Positions 46,929-56,353 of a DNA stretch of 64,000 nt are shown piece by piece. Position 1 is the stretch's first letter; each line of letters opens with the position of its first letter. Source of the stretch: Parcubacteria group bacterium (GTDB lineage Bacteria > Patescibacteriota > Minisyncoccia > Phycocordibacterales > UBA2135); the NCBI GenBank assembly GCA_016180525.1, contig JACPBB010000002.1, forward strand, positions 345,980 through 409,979. The letters run 5' to 3'. Under the pieces are notes generated by a model. It was not told where the DNA came from and ran no database searches. It worked only from the letters and a program-made list of their open reading frames with translations. A program made the position numbers and the translations under genes.

Positions 46929-47582
46929 TTATTTTTTAGCTGTTTTTAATGATATTCCAAGTGCGACAACGGAGAGAACCAAAGCAAGAAGCGCTGTCAT
47001 AAATGTGTAATCAGCTTTACTTGAAGCTTCCGTAACGGGGGCGGAATAAGGCGTAGAAGACATATGGTCATCGGCAGAAGCGGATGTGTCAGCGACAACT
47101 TCCGTTGTTGAATAGGGATTTTTTACTTTGCCATCTTTTTCATCCTCATTTGGTTTCTGGGGGTCTCTATCCCATGCGACCACTTCTCCTCTTGCGTACG
47201 TTTGATACGCTTTCCAAATAAGGGTTGTATCTTCTTGCGGAGTGCGAGCGGTGAATTGGAACACATCTTTTTGCCCTGCGGGGATTGCTCCACCCGTCCA
47301 TTCTATTTCGGTAACAATTGTTTTATCACCTTCTTGTTTTGTCTTCACTTCTATATCCCAGCCTGATTTTACAAACGGCGTTACTCGCTCAAGTTTTTCT
47401 GGAATAATGAGCCGAACACCTTCGGTGGGCACGTCACGTTCAGTTGGAACACTTAAGTTAAATGTTTCATATTTTGAAGCAGGAACTTGAGATGGAGTAA
47501 CCGTTGAGTGCGCAAATACTGTTGGGGAATAAAATACAAATAATGTGACAATAAAAAATAACAATAAATAAGTTTTTTTCAT
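46929..47582 (-). CDS. YcnI-like (DUF1775) copper-binding protein with C-terminal membrane anchor
   Basis: signal peptide cleaved before HSTVTP (N-terminal His typical of YcnI/DUF1775), beta-rich domain, C-terminal TM. Confidence 0.5.
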   Translation of the reverse strand: MKKTYLLLFFIVTLFVFYSPTVFAHSTVTPSQVPASKYETFNLSVPTERDVPTEGVRLIIPEKLERVTPFVKSGWDIEVKTKQEGDKTIVTEIEWTGGAIPAGQKDVFQFTARTPQEDTTLIWKAYQTYARGEVVAWDRDPQKPNEDEKDGKVKNPYSTTEVVADTSASADDHMSSTPYSAPVTEASSKADYTFMTALLALVLSVVALGISLKTAKK

Positions 47583-47659
47583 GATTAGATATATGTTTCA
47601 CTTCTTTAAAGACACAAAGTGCTTTAAAGAATTAATAGCTAATAAAGGGAAACAAATAC

Positions 47660-48022
47660 CTATCTATATATTTTAGGATGCATAATGCCGCATCGGAGCA
47701 TTTCCCGAAAGAGATTGAATAGATTCGTTTGAACGCGAGTATTATATGAAAATATATTTTTAGCCACAAACGGCGCACAGAAAACAACATGCATTTTTTG
47801 AAGCGCGCTGAAACTTATTCTAAAACACAAAAGAAGGAACACAAAAAACAGCAACTTTTTGTTTTCATTATGAAAAAGATTATCTATTTGGAGGCCGAGA
47901 AGCATTTTCGGGGCGCCCGTATGTAGGTGGCTGTGGGGAACGAATTCATGCACTCCGAAAGATAGAAGCAGTGCGACACAAATCATAAAAACAAGCATTT
48001 TTGAAAGATTTATACTTTGCAT
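47660..48022 (-). CDS. small membrane protein, hypothetical
   Basis: start trimmed to MQSINLSKM because the ORF-track N-terminus is a read-through of the 73-bp repeat copy. Confidence 0.35.
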   Translation of the reverse strand: MQSINLSKMLVFMICVALLLSFGVHEFVPHSHLHTGAPKMLLGLQIDNLFHNENKKLLFFVFLLLCFRISFSALQKMHVVFCAPFVAKNIFSYNTRVQTNLFNLFREMLRCGIMHPKIYR

Positions 48023-48197
48023 ATTTATTACTATGAGTATACCACACTTGAGTATGTTGGTATGTTGTTTTGCCTGATTTTTTTTCTTTTCTATTCTCAT
48101 ACCCCCGTTCCAAATGGAAGCGAGAGTACATAGAGTCCGCAGGCGATATAACACTAATTTAAAAAGCGATTCCATAATAGGAACCGCTAAAAATGAA

Positions 48198-48644
48198 TTA
48201 ACTATTTAACGATAAACAAGAATTGGATTTGCGGGGATTATGTGCTGCAATGATGCCGCATATTGCATCTATAAGTTTTGGAGGGTATCTTAAATTTGGA
48301 TTTTGACGTTCTTCTTGTATTAGTGCTTGTAATTTTTCTCGAAATTCTATTGGGTCTCTGTCGTCAGTTGAAAAATCTGATGAAATACCAGTCTCAAGCG
48401 TTTCTCTGCTGCTAAGTGGGTATTGATCTGTAATTGCGTAATAGCGCACGGAAACATGATGGTGGTCAGAAGATCGGAGGAGCCAGAACGTGCCTGTACC
48501 TAGATCAACAATTCTACATACACCCTGAGTGTCTTTACAAATATGAGGCGCTGATCCTTTAAGTTCTGAATCAGATATTACCTCTCCGTTTTGGTTGAAA
48601 AAAGATAATGTTTCATACTTTGAATACGGAATAACAATGAACAT
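48198..48644 (-). CDS. hypothetical protein
   Basis: 148-aa ORF. Confidence 0.45.
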   Translation of the reverse strand: MFIVIPYSKYETLSFFNQNGEVISDSELKGSAPHICKDTQGVCRIVDLGTGTFWLLRSSDHHHVSVRYYAITDQYPLSSRETLETGISSDFSTDDRDPIEFREKLQALIQEERQNPNLRYPPKLIDAICGIIAAHNPRKSNSCLSLNS

Positions 48645-48723
48645 ATATGAACAACCCCTTCCGTTATTTTTCCTTTTTACAGGGTAATTCTTTTAATGTA
48701 TATAGTCAAGTTTTTACTAAAAC

Positions 48724-48760
48724 ACCCCCTCACTCTTTAAGAGTGAGGGGGTGTTTTGAA
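48724..48760. terminator. bidirectional palindromic terminator (copy B), downstream of ftsZ
   Basis: ccccctcactct-tta-agagtgaggggg plus T-run. Confidence 0.65.
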
Positions 48761-48764
48761 ATTT

Positions 48765-49910
48765 TTATTTATCTTTTTTTGAACGTCGCAGGAATGCGGG
48801 CACTGCGCCCCACTCCTCGTCATCAGATTCTCCCGCTGCGTCAACGGTTCGTTTTGCTCCTTCATTGACAGCGTTCATCAGCTCTTCCTTTTTATGATTT
48901 TTTTTTCCGCTGTCAGACAAAAAAGAATTGAATAATGGCTTATGATTGCTTGAATTGTCAGGGAAACCGGAGGCAATAACGGTAATTTTCACTTCTCCTT
49001 TTCCTAGTTTAGGGTCATTGATAGCGCCAAAGATAACTTTTGCGTCACCCGCGATTGATTCGGTAATAATCTTTGCCGCCTCCTGGATTTCATGCATGCC
49101 AAGGTCTGGGCCGCCGGCAATCGCAAAGAGTATGCCTTTTGCTCCGTTTACCGATATATCAAGCAGCGGAGAGTTGATAGCCATGCGTGCCGCGTGTTCC
49201 GCTCGTTTTTCTCCAGCCGCGCGTCCGACTCCCATAAGCGCGGAACCTGCTTCTGCCATAACAGCTCTGATGTCCGCAAAGTCAACATTGATGACTCCAG
49301 GCGTCGTAATTAAATCTGAAATACCTTCAACGGCCTGTCGCAATACCTCATCGCTCATCGCAAATGCGTCAAGTGCCGACATTTCTTTTTTTACAATTTG
49401 TAGTAGGCGGTCGTTCGGAATAATGATGAGCGCGTCAACTTCATTTTGAAGCTCCGAGAGTCCGTTTAACGCAATGTTCATTCGCTGTGTTCCTTCAAAG
49501 AAAAATGGTTTCGTGACAACTCCGACGGTAAGCGCTCCCGCTTCTCGCGCTGTTTTCGCAATAATCGGCGCTGCACCGGTGCCCGTGCCTCCGCCCATAC
49601 CCGCGGCAATAAAGACCATGTCCGAGCCCTTGATGGAGTCCTGAATTTCCGTGCGAGTTTCTTCGGCGGCTTTTTTGCCGACTTCAGGATTCATTCCAGC
49701 ACCCAATCCCTTTGTTAAGTTTTTTCCAAGATGGATTTTTTTAGGAGCGACTGATTTTTGAAGGTCTTGCACATCCGTGTTCATTACCATAAATTCAACG
49801 CCGCGTACTTTGGAATTGATCATGTGGTTCACGGCATTACCGCCGGCTCCTCCTACGCCGACTACATAAATACGCGCGAATGCTTCAATGCCTGGTTCAA
49901 TTTTTGCCAT
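48765..49910 (-). CDS. ftsZ: cell division GTPase FtsZ
   Basis: GVGGAGGNAVNHM tubulin signature, GGGTGTG motif. Confidence 0.9.
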   Translation of the reverse strand: MAKIEPGIEAFARIYVVGVGGAGGNAVNHMINSKVRGVEFMVMNTDVQDLQKSVAPKKIHLGKNLTKGLGAGMNPEVGKKAAEETRTEIQDSIKGSDMVFIAAGMGGGTGTGAAPIIAKTAREAGALTVGVVTKPFFFEGTQRMNIALNGLSELQNEVDALIIIPNDRLLQIVKKEMSALDAFAMSDEVLRQAVEGISDLITTPGVINVDFADIRAVMAEAGSALMGVGRAAGEKRAEHAARMAINSPLLDISVNGAKGILFAIAGGPDLGMHEIQEAAKIITESIAGDAKVIFGAINDPKLGKGEVKITVIASGFPDNSSNHKPLFNSFLSDSGKKNHKKEELMNAVNEGAKRTVDAAGESDDEEWGAVPAFLRRSKKDK

Positions 49911-50130
49911 GATATTTTAGGGTATAGGGTTTAGGGTATAGGGTTTAGAAAAACTAAAAGCTAAACACCAAACACCATGTTAACAGAGCACCAGTAAATC
50001 GACTGTTTACTCTGCATATTAATTTACTTTTAAATTACCAGAAAAAAAGACACTGACAATATTGACAAACGATACAGTATTTTTTTTAATATTCTCTTCA
50101 GAAATGAAGAAAAGTAAGGCGATGATGTTT

Positions 50131-51300
50131 TTATGGGAGAAATTGCTTGCTCCAAGAAGCAAGCGACTTCCAATAATCTTCAATGTTTCGGCCTCTATTT
50201 GTAAGATCCACTCCATATGGCTCATGAATTCCCAAAATACAGAGTCCGTACGCAACAGACCAAATGGGGTCTTTTACTTTAATCTGTGCGTTACCCGGTG
50301 TGTGAGGCACTGCTATGCGAGCGGGGAGTTTTAATGTTGCTTTTGCGAGGTCCTCTGTCGTCGCGATGCCCGAGCCTCCTCCCGCAATTACTATTCCAGC
50401 AGGCAACAGCCCGCTTCTGCCGACTTTTTTCAAATGTGCCTCCACTAATTCAAAAATGTCAGACATCCGCGCCTCAATGATTTCAGCGAGTTTTTTTTGA
50501 GAAAATCCTTCACCAGTAAGCGTTCCCATTTTTACATTTTCCGCTTCCTCGAGAGGAATTTTAAGGCCAAGGGCGATGTCATTAGTGATGTCAGTTGACC
50601 CTATGGGGAATACTTCAAGTGAAGTTGGTTTGTCATTTTCAAATACCGCAAGGGACACGGTTTCAGCTCCGATATTGACTAACACACAGCCGGCAATTCG
50701 CTGTGCTTGAGTTAATGTAACCAAACTTGCGGCGACAGGCGATGCGGCAACATTTACCACCGTGACCCCGGCTTCTTCCACCGCTTCAACAAAATCATCC
50801 AAATGTTGCGCGAGGCAGGTGATCAAAAGAACTTTTACTTCAAATTTAACACCGCGCATTCCGAGTGGTCGCCCCAAAATTTCTTTTCCATCAAGTTTGT
50901 AATGGAGCACGACTTCGTGAATCACTTTTTTATTGGTAAGATTTTCTGCTTTTTCTTTACTTGCCGCGATTGCTCGTTCAATATCAAGCGCGGTAATTTC
51001 CCCGTCAACCCTTGAGATAAGAGTGGAGCCGACGCCAATAGTTGCTCCAAGAGAAAGGCCCCCAACGGCAATAAGCGCTTGCCGTACTTTTTCCCCCGAA
51101 TCTTTTTCAGCCCGCGCAATGGCTTCTCTTACGCTCCTGGTTGCCTCATCTATTTGGGTAATATATCCATGACGCAGCCCCCGAGACTCCGCGCTTCCTA
51201 CCCCGAGCACTTTTATTCCAGCACCTTTTTTATTTCGTTCGGCAATTACCACTCGCGTGTTTCGTGTTCCTATGTCAATGCCGGTAGTAATGGTGCTCAT
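50131..51300 (-). CDS. ftsA: cell division protein FtsA (actin-like ATPase)
   Basis: 389 aa; N-terminal IGIDIGTRNTRVVIAE actin-fold phosphate-1 motif; immediately upstream of ftsZ. Confidence 0.85.
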   Translation of the reverse strand: MSTITTGIDIGTRNTRVVIAERNKKGAGIKVLGVGSAESRGLRHGYITQIDEATRSVREAIARAEKDSGEKVRQALIAVGGLSLGATIGVGSTLISRVDGEITALDIERAIAASKEKAENLTNKKVIHEVVLHYKLDGKEILGRPLGMRGVKFEVKVLLITCLAQHLDDFVEAVEEAGVTVVNVAASPVAASLVTLTQAQRIAGCVLVNIGAETVSLAVFENDKPTSLEVFPIGSTDITNDIALGLKIPLEEAENVKMGTLTGEGFSQKKLAEIIEARMSDIFELVEAHLKKVGRSGLLPAGIVIAGGGSGIATTEDLAKATLKLPARIAVPHTPGNAQIKVKDPIWSVAYGLCILGIHEPYGVDLTNRGRNIEDYWKSLASWSKQFLP

Positions 51301-51377
51301 GAAGATATACTTTCCGATAATGTGATAATCGGATTTTATTTATAGAAATAGTAAGAGGAAATGTGTGTTAAAAATTT

Positions 51378-51782
51378 TTAAATAACGACAGAAAATTTTT
51401 TTCGCACACGCGCCTCCTTATCTTCCATTGTACTATTATGGCGGTACCCCTTCAAATGAAATAAGCCATGTATAAACAGGTACAGAATCTGATTTTTAAG
51501 CATTCTTTTGTTTGTGTGTGCTTCCCAACGAGCCTCTTCAATGTCAATAAAAAGCTCACCCATATGTGTTTCAAGGGGGAAACTTAACACGTTTGCCGGA
51601 TTGTTTTTTTTACGATAGCGTTTGTTGAGATTTTTGGAAAGGGCGTTTTTGATAAATACAATACTCAAATTATACTGTTTTCCTAAAACCGTATTTTTAA
51701 TATCGGAAAACGGCAGGCGAGGAAGCCTGCCGTTTGTTTTGTTTGTAATAGAGATCGTAGAAAAGGCGTTTTTAGCCCTCAT
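51378..51782 (-). CDS. ybeY: endoribonuclease YbeY (rRNA maturation factor)
   Basis: HGLFHLKGYRH zinc-binding motif (HxxxHxxGxxH). Confidence 0.75.
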   Translation of the reverse strand: MRAKNAFSTISITNKTNGRLPRLPFSDIKNTVLGKQYNLSIVFIKNALSKNLNKRYRKKNNPANVLSFPLETHMGELFIDIEEARWEAHTNKRMLKNQILYLFIHGLFHLKGYRHNSTMEDKEARVRKKFSVVI

Positions 51783-51784
51783 AA

Positions 51785-52018
51785 TTATGATGGTATTCGG
51801 CCAAGCTTTTTTAATTTTTCTGTTTCCTTATGTTTTGCAATTCGTTTCAGCGCTCGAGCCTTTTTTTTAAATTTTGATTCTGCTCGTTCAGCAAAACGGT
51901 TTGTTCTCACAAACCGTAAAATACCGGATCCTTGCATCCGTTTGGTGAATCTGCGCACGAGTGACGCGTTTGATTCGTTTGCGTTTTTGGCGACTTCTAC
52001 GTTAACAGCTGAATTCAT
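51785..52018 (-). CDS. rpsU: 30S ribosomal protein S21
   Basis: LVRRFTKR...GIL...R...F.E...KFKKKARALKRIAKHK matches the bS21 consensus (ALRRFKR...GVL...RRR.FYEKP...KRAK). Confidence 0.6.
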   Translation of the reverse strand: MNSAVNVEVAKNANESNASLVRRFTKRMQGSGILRFVRTNRFAERAESKFKKKARALKRIAKHKETEKLKKLGRIPS

Positions 52019-52178
52019 TGTTATGGATTATATATAAAACCTTTTTATTTGCAACTAAAATTATGGCCAACATCCAAGTTATATTTGTTTCACGGGCGCA
52101 TATGTTTTTAGCCCTATCCCTACCCCATACCCCTAAAAACATATGCGCCTGTGTGGAACGATCTTTAGTCCTCTTTAG

Positions 52179-53567
52179 CTATACGTGTTTTTTAAGATAA
52201 TCTCCCAGCTTATCAATGGGTACAGTTTCTTGCGAACGGGTTTTCATGTTACGAACGATGACCGCGTTTTCGTTTGCTTCCTTTTGTCCCAGTATAATGA
52301 TGTAGGGGATTCCTATTCTCTCCGCGATACCAAGCTGGACAGAGAGCTTGTCTTTGTTTATGGAATGCATGAGGGGAATCCGCACTTTTCGAAGTGCTTC
52401 TATAACCGTGAAGCTTTTCAGTTTTGCTCCTGTGCCAATCTGTATAAAATATATTTTTGGTTTTTTAACTATTCTCGGGCGTGGCATGGAATACCCCGGC
52501 GCGGAGAGCACTCGGTCAACTCCGATTGCGGAACCAACAGCGGGAATGTCGCGGCGGCTTCCCAAAGCTCTCGCAAGATGGTCGTATCTGCCGCCCCCAC
52601 CCAAAGAAAGCATTGGTTCCGCACTCGTTTTTTCTTTTGATTCTCGTGAAGGCTTTGTTTCCGTATTCTTAGTTTCTGTATTTTCTTTCGTATTTTCTGC
52701 TGAGCTTTCTTCCTGCTCGGATACAACCTCAAAGACAGTGCGGGTGTAGTAATCAATACCTCGCACCAAGGTGTGTTTTAGAAAATAAGGAATTTGCATT
52801 ATCTCTAGATACTCCAGTACTTCTTTAAAATGCTCCCTGCAATCTTCACACAGGAACCCCATGATGTCGGGTGATTTTTCAGCAAGTTCTTTACAAGCGG
52901 CTTCTTTACAGTCAAGTAGACGAAGCGGATTTTTCTTTAAACGCATTCTGCAGTGCGCGCAGATTTTATTAATATGTTTTCTGTAATATGCCGTGAGTTC
53001 TCGTATATAATTCGGCCGACAGCGAGAATCTCCGATACTGTTTATCAATATAGTAAGGTTTTTGATTCCAACCTCTTCCAATATGAGATGCGTCAGTTTA
53101 ATGGTAAGCGCATCAATAATGGGCTCTGCCGCTCCTATGGTTTCAAATCCAAATTGAAAAAATTCCCGAGCGCGTCCTTTCTGCGGTTTTTCATGGCGGA
53201 AAAAGGGACCATAATAATAGAGCATGACCGGCTGGGGGAGCGAGTGCATGCCGTGTTCCAAATATGCCCGCATAATACCCGCAGTGCCTTCGGGACGAAG
53301 CGCAAGACGGTCTTTCCCTTTTGTTGAGAAACTATACATTTCCTTACCCACGATATCGGTTTCCAAGCCTACTCCGCTGGTGAAGACGCCTTCCTTTTCC
53401 AAAATAGGTGTTTCAATGGGCTTGAATCCGTAATAGAGCGCGATTTCCGCGGCCTTTTCAAAAAATCCCTGATATGACAAAAAATCTTCATGCAATATGT
53501 CACGCATGCCTTTTGGCGACAGAAGCGCGCCCGGCTTTTTTTCTTTTGAAGAATTTTTTTTGCTCAT
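52179..53567 (-). CDS. hisS: histidine--tRNA ligase
   Basis: class II motifs (FRHEKPQKGRAREFFQFGFE, GGGRYD), with a low-complexity insertion. Confidence 0.85.
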   Translation of the reverse strand: MSKKNSSKEKKPGALLSPKGMRDILHEDFLSYQGFFEKAAEIALYYGFKPIETPILEKEGVFTSGVGLETDIVGKEMYSFSTKGKDRLALRPEGTAGIMRAYLEHGMHSLPQPVMLYYYGPFFRHEKPQKGRAREFFQFGFETIGAAEPIIDALTIKLTHLILEEVGIKNLTILINSIGDSRCRPNYIRELTAYYRKHINKICAHCRMRLKKNPLRLLDCKEAACKELAEKSPDIMGFLCEDCREHFKEVLEYLEIMQIPYFLKHTLVRGIDYYTRTVFEVVSEQEESSAENTKENTETKNTETKPSRESKEKTSAEPMLSLGGGGRYDHLARALGSRRDIPAVGSAIGVDRVLSAPGYSMPRPRIVKKPKIYFIQIGTGAKLKSFTVIEALRKVRIPLMHSINKDKLSVQLGIAERIGIPYIIILGQKEANENAVIVRNMKTRSQETVPIDKLGDYLKKHV

Positions 53568-53570
53568 GTT

Positions 53571-54176
53571 TTATTGCACGTATGAAGCGAGTCCCGGAAA
53601 CACCGAGATATGATTGAATGGAAATAGTCGGACAAGGGCGCGGCCAACGACAAGTTCGCGGGGAAGTGCTCCCCACGAACGGGAATCAAGGCTTGCCCCG
53701 CGATTGTCTCCCATAACGAAATATTCTTTTTCCTGCAATGCAACAGTTGTTGTATCACTAAAGACAGCTGTATTATATGACTCTTCTAAAACAAATTCTT
53801 CTCTGGAAACACTGTTCTTAATGGTAACCACCCCGCGCTCTATTGATATTGTTTCTTGCGGTAGGGCAATAATTCTTTTAATAAAAAATTTTGAAGGGTC
53901 TTTTGGATATCTGAACACAATTACATCTCCACGCTCCGGTTCATGAAAGCGATATGAAAGTTGGTCTACTATTAAATAGTCTCCGTTTTCAAATGTGGGC
54001 ACCATTGATGTGCCGCTGACGATATAGGGTTGGGCGACATATACGCGAATGGGCACGACGATAATGAGCGCCAAAAACACGAACTTGGCAATTTCCAAAA
54101 CAAAAGATTTAATGGAACCTTCTTGTGTTTCATTTTTTTGAAGTTCTTCAGGCAGCATTATGCAATTGTAATACAA
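53571..54176 (-). CDS. lepB: signal peptidase I
   Basis: SGTSMVPT (Ser box), GDNRGASLDSRSWG (box E) motifs. Confidence 0.8.
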   Translation of the reverse strand: MYYNCIMLPEELQKNETQEGSIKSFVLEIAKFVFLALIIVVPIRVYVAQPYIVSGTSMVPTFENGDYLIVDQLSYRFHEPERGDVIVFRYPKDPSKFFIKRIIALPQETISIERGVVTIKNSVSREEFVLEESYNTAVFSDTTTVALQEKEYFVMGDNRGASLDSRSWGALPRELVVGRALVRLFPFNHISVFPGLASYVQ

Positions 54177-54192
54177 TTTTGTGTTTTATACA

Positions 54193-54225
54193 AAAATAAA
54201 CCCCGCGCGACTTTGGTCGCGCGGG
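54193..54225 (-). terminator. rho-independent terminator of the 54238..54654 gene
   Basis: minus strand ccccgcgcgac-caaa-gtcgcgcgggg plus tttatttttg. Confidence 0.6.
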
Positions 54226-54237
54226 GAAACGAGAGTG

Positions 54238-54654
54238 TCAGATGCCGCCTTTTGTGCCGAACAGCATCTTTTTGTTCTTTTTCTGACGTTTGTTGGCGCA
54301 CGGGACGATCCACAGTACGCCAGCGAGCGTAAGAGCAGCAATCGAAAGAGAAAACACCGTGTCTAGTGCCGAATAGCCCTTGCTGGACCAACCGTAGAAC
54401 ATGGCTAGAAGATCCATTGTCCAGAAGGCTTCGCCGACGATGATGGTGTTTGCGAAGATTCTGCCATTCGGCACGAGCATGACGAGTTCACCGCACGCGA
54501 CGATGCTCGGGGCGGCGGCAACGACAGCCATGACCGCTATCACGACGAGGTGTGGCGCGAATCCGCCAAGTGATGCGAATACCCACGCAACTATGACGGC
54601 AGCAAGAGCCGTCACGAGCGTTTGCGAAAAGTATACCAACCGTACGAGATTCAT
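54238..54654 (-). CDS. hypothetical 4-TM membrane protein in a G+C-enriched segment
   Basis: 138 aa; hydrophobic; G+C-richer than flanking genes; own G+C-rich terminator. Confidence 0.5.
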   Translation of the reverse strand: MNLVRLVYFSQTLVTALAAVIVAWVFASLGGFAPHLVVIAVMAVVAAAPSIVACGELVMLVPNGRIFANTIIVGEAFWTMDLLAMFYGWSSKGYSALDTVFSLSIAALTLAGVLWIVPCANKRQKKNKKMLFGTKGGI

Positions 54655-54755
54655 TTTCCGTACTCCCTATTCAGTTTTAACTAATTAAAACATATCATAA
54701 GACCATATCTCTGTCAAGCCCCTTACCTTGCGCCCAATGCTCTATACTTAATTAC

Positions 54756-55364
54756 ATGTCATATGTAATCGTCGGACTTGGAAATCCTGGAGTAGAATAT
54801 GAAAACACGCGGCACAATAGTGGGCGGAGCGCTGTACTTTATTTTTGGAAAAAGCAAAATTTTCCGGAATGGGAGAAAAATAAAAAATTAAACGCGCTTG
54901 TTTCAGAAGGAAAAATCAAAACCCCGCATGTAAGGGGCAAGGAAGAAAAGGTAATGCTTGTACTGCCGCAGACTTTCATGAATAAGTCAGGCACAAGCGT
55001 TGCGCCGCTTGTTAAAAGCAAAAAACAAGCAGAACGGCTTGTGGTGGTTCATGACGACCTTGATTTACCACTTGGCTCTCTCAAGATAGTTTTTAATCGC
55101 GGCTCCGGCGGGCACAAAGGGGTAGAATCGGTAAAGCGGGCAGTGAAAACGGAAGGATTTGTCCGCATCCGTATCGGTGTTTCTCCTGCAACTGCTTCCG
55201 GAAAACCAAAAAAACCGGACGGTTCACTTGTGAATGATTTTATAGTAGCCGCTTTTCGGCCCAAAGAAACGGAATTGCTTAAAAAAGTCACTAAACGCGT
55301 TGCGGATATTCTGCAAACTATCGTGGAAGAAGGAAAAGAAAGAGCGATGAATAAGTTTAATTAG
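54756..55364 (+). CDS. pth: peptidyl-tRNA hydrolase
   Basis: VIVGLGNPG...RHNSG N-terminal Pth motif. Confidence 0.85.
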   Translation: MSYVIVGLGNPGVEYENTRHNSGRSAVLYFWKKQNFPEWEKNKKLNALVSEGKIKTPHVRGKEEKVMLVLPQTFMNKSGTSVAPLVKSKKQAERLVVVHDDLDLPLGSLKIVFNRGSGGHKGVESVKRAVKTEGFVRIRIGVSPATASGKPKKPDGSLVNDFIVAAFRPKETELLKKVTKRVADILQTIVEEGKERAMNKFN

Positions 55365-55752
55365 TCACCGTCCATCAGTCACTAGCCACTGCCACCAGTC
55401 ATTAGTTGTTGTGTTGCGTATGTGTGCGTCACATTTTCTACATTGAAAGAAATATAAAAGATGTCATGAGAGAGATGGCCGCAAAAAAAGCTCGACCGAA
55501 GTCGAGCCTTTCACCAAGCGGTCTAGAGGCCAAACAGGGCGCGAAGGAACCGGAAAGGATGATTTTTTGTCCACATGAGAAACTCACGGCGAGTCATTTG
55601 TTGGTTCTTCTGCTGCATGGTGATACCTCCTGAATAGTTACTGATTGAAGTGTGGCATACTTCCATACAAAATGTCAAGAAAATATAAGCGTATTTCGTC
55701 AATGGAAAGAAATATAAGCATTGCCATGGCAACGCTTGGAATCGCGACGTTC

Positions 55753-55786
55753 GGAGGAAAATGAAAACAAGTTTTCATTTTCCTCC
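55753..55786. repeat. 34-nt perfect palindrome (16-bp arms, 2-nt centre)
   Basis: ggaggaaaatgaaaac-aa-gttttcattttcctcc. Confidence 0.8.
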
Positions 55787-55876
55787 TCGCCTCTGATTGT
55801 AAAAAGTGTCATGGGAAATGATGGCAAAGAAAAAACCACCGTTTCTTTTGGAGGGCGGTGGCCACGGCTAGGGGAT

Positions 55877-56260
55877 TCATTTGTTGGTGCGCTGTTCAAT
55901 TTCATTTAACCACGCCGTGCGTGTGGCATGTGAGCGACTTAGAAATGCAGCGCGTCTCCGGTTCTCGGAATAAGCAAGAGAGAAGGCCTCATGGTAATTT
56001 CCAAAAACTTGACCAAGAATATCATATTTCGGACAGGCAAGGTTGAGCTTGCGTATGTCAATTTTCTGGGCCCATTCAAATAGTACACTGGCATCCAGCA
56101 ATCTTGCGGCTTGTTTAACTAATACACCAACTACCCTGGGATGGTAGTACCACTCTAATCTGCTTTTCATGCCCGGTTTTTTGAGCAAATGACGGCAGCA
56201 TCTCCGTTTTTTTGGCATCGGACACTTCCTGCTGTTGGTGCGCTTCCGCAAAGATAACAT
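55877..56260 (-). CDS. hypothetical basic protein
   Basis: 127-aa ORF; Lys/Arg-rich N-terminus. Confidence 0.35.
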   Translation of the reverse strand: MLSLRKRTNSRKCPMPKKRRCCRHLLKKPGMKSRLEWYYHPRVVGVLVKQAARLLDASVLFEWAQKIDIRKLNLACPKYDILGQVFGNYHEAFSLAYSENRRRAAFLSRSHATRTAWLNEIEQRTNK

Positions 56261-56308
56261 AAGTAATATCGAAAGTCAAATTTTTACAGCGTAATCATTT
56301 TAACAAAC

Positions 56309-56345
56309 AAAAAATCATCCCGATACCCGTCGGGATGATTTTTTG
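56309..56345. terminator. hairpin terminator downstream of rpsA
   Basis: atcatcccga-taccc-gtcgggatgat flanked by A and T runs; same hairpin as 17250..17283. Confidence 0.6.
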
Positions 56346-56353
56346 TTTAATTT

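Noticed and set aside
45099-48131. ORFs 45099..45353 (-) and 47946..48131 (-), which share the peptide MYSRFHLERGYENRKEKKSGKT
   Set aside because: The shared peptide is just the out-of-frame translation of the 73-bp direct repeat; neither is a real gene.
49912-49942. Telomere-like TTAGGG repeats
   Set aside because: The tandem tttagggtatagggtttagggtataggg contains TTAGGG only coincidentally. It is a short intergenic bacterial motif (treated instead as a regulatory or repeat motif).
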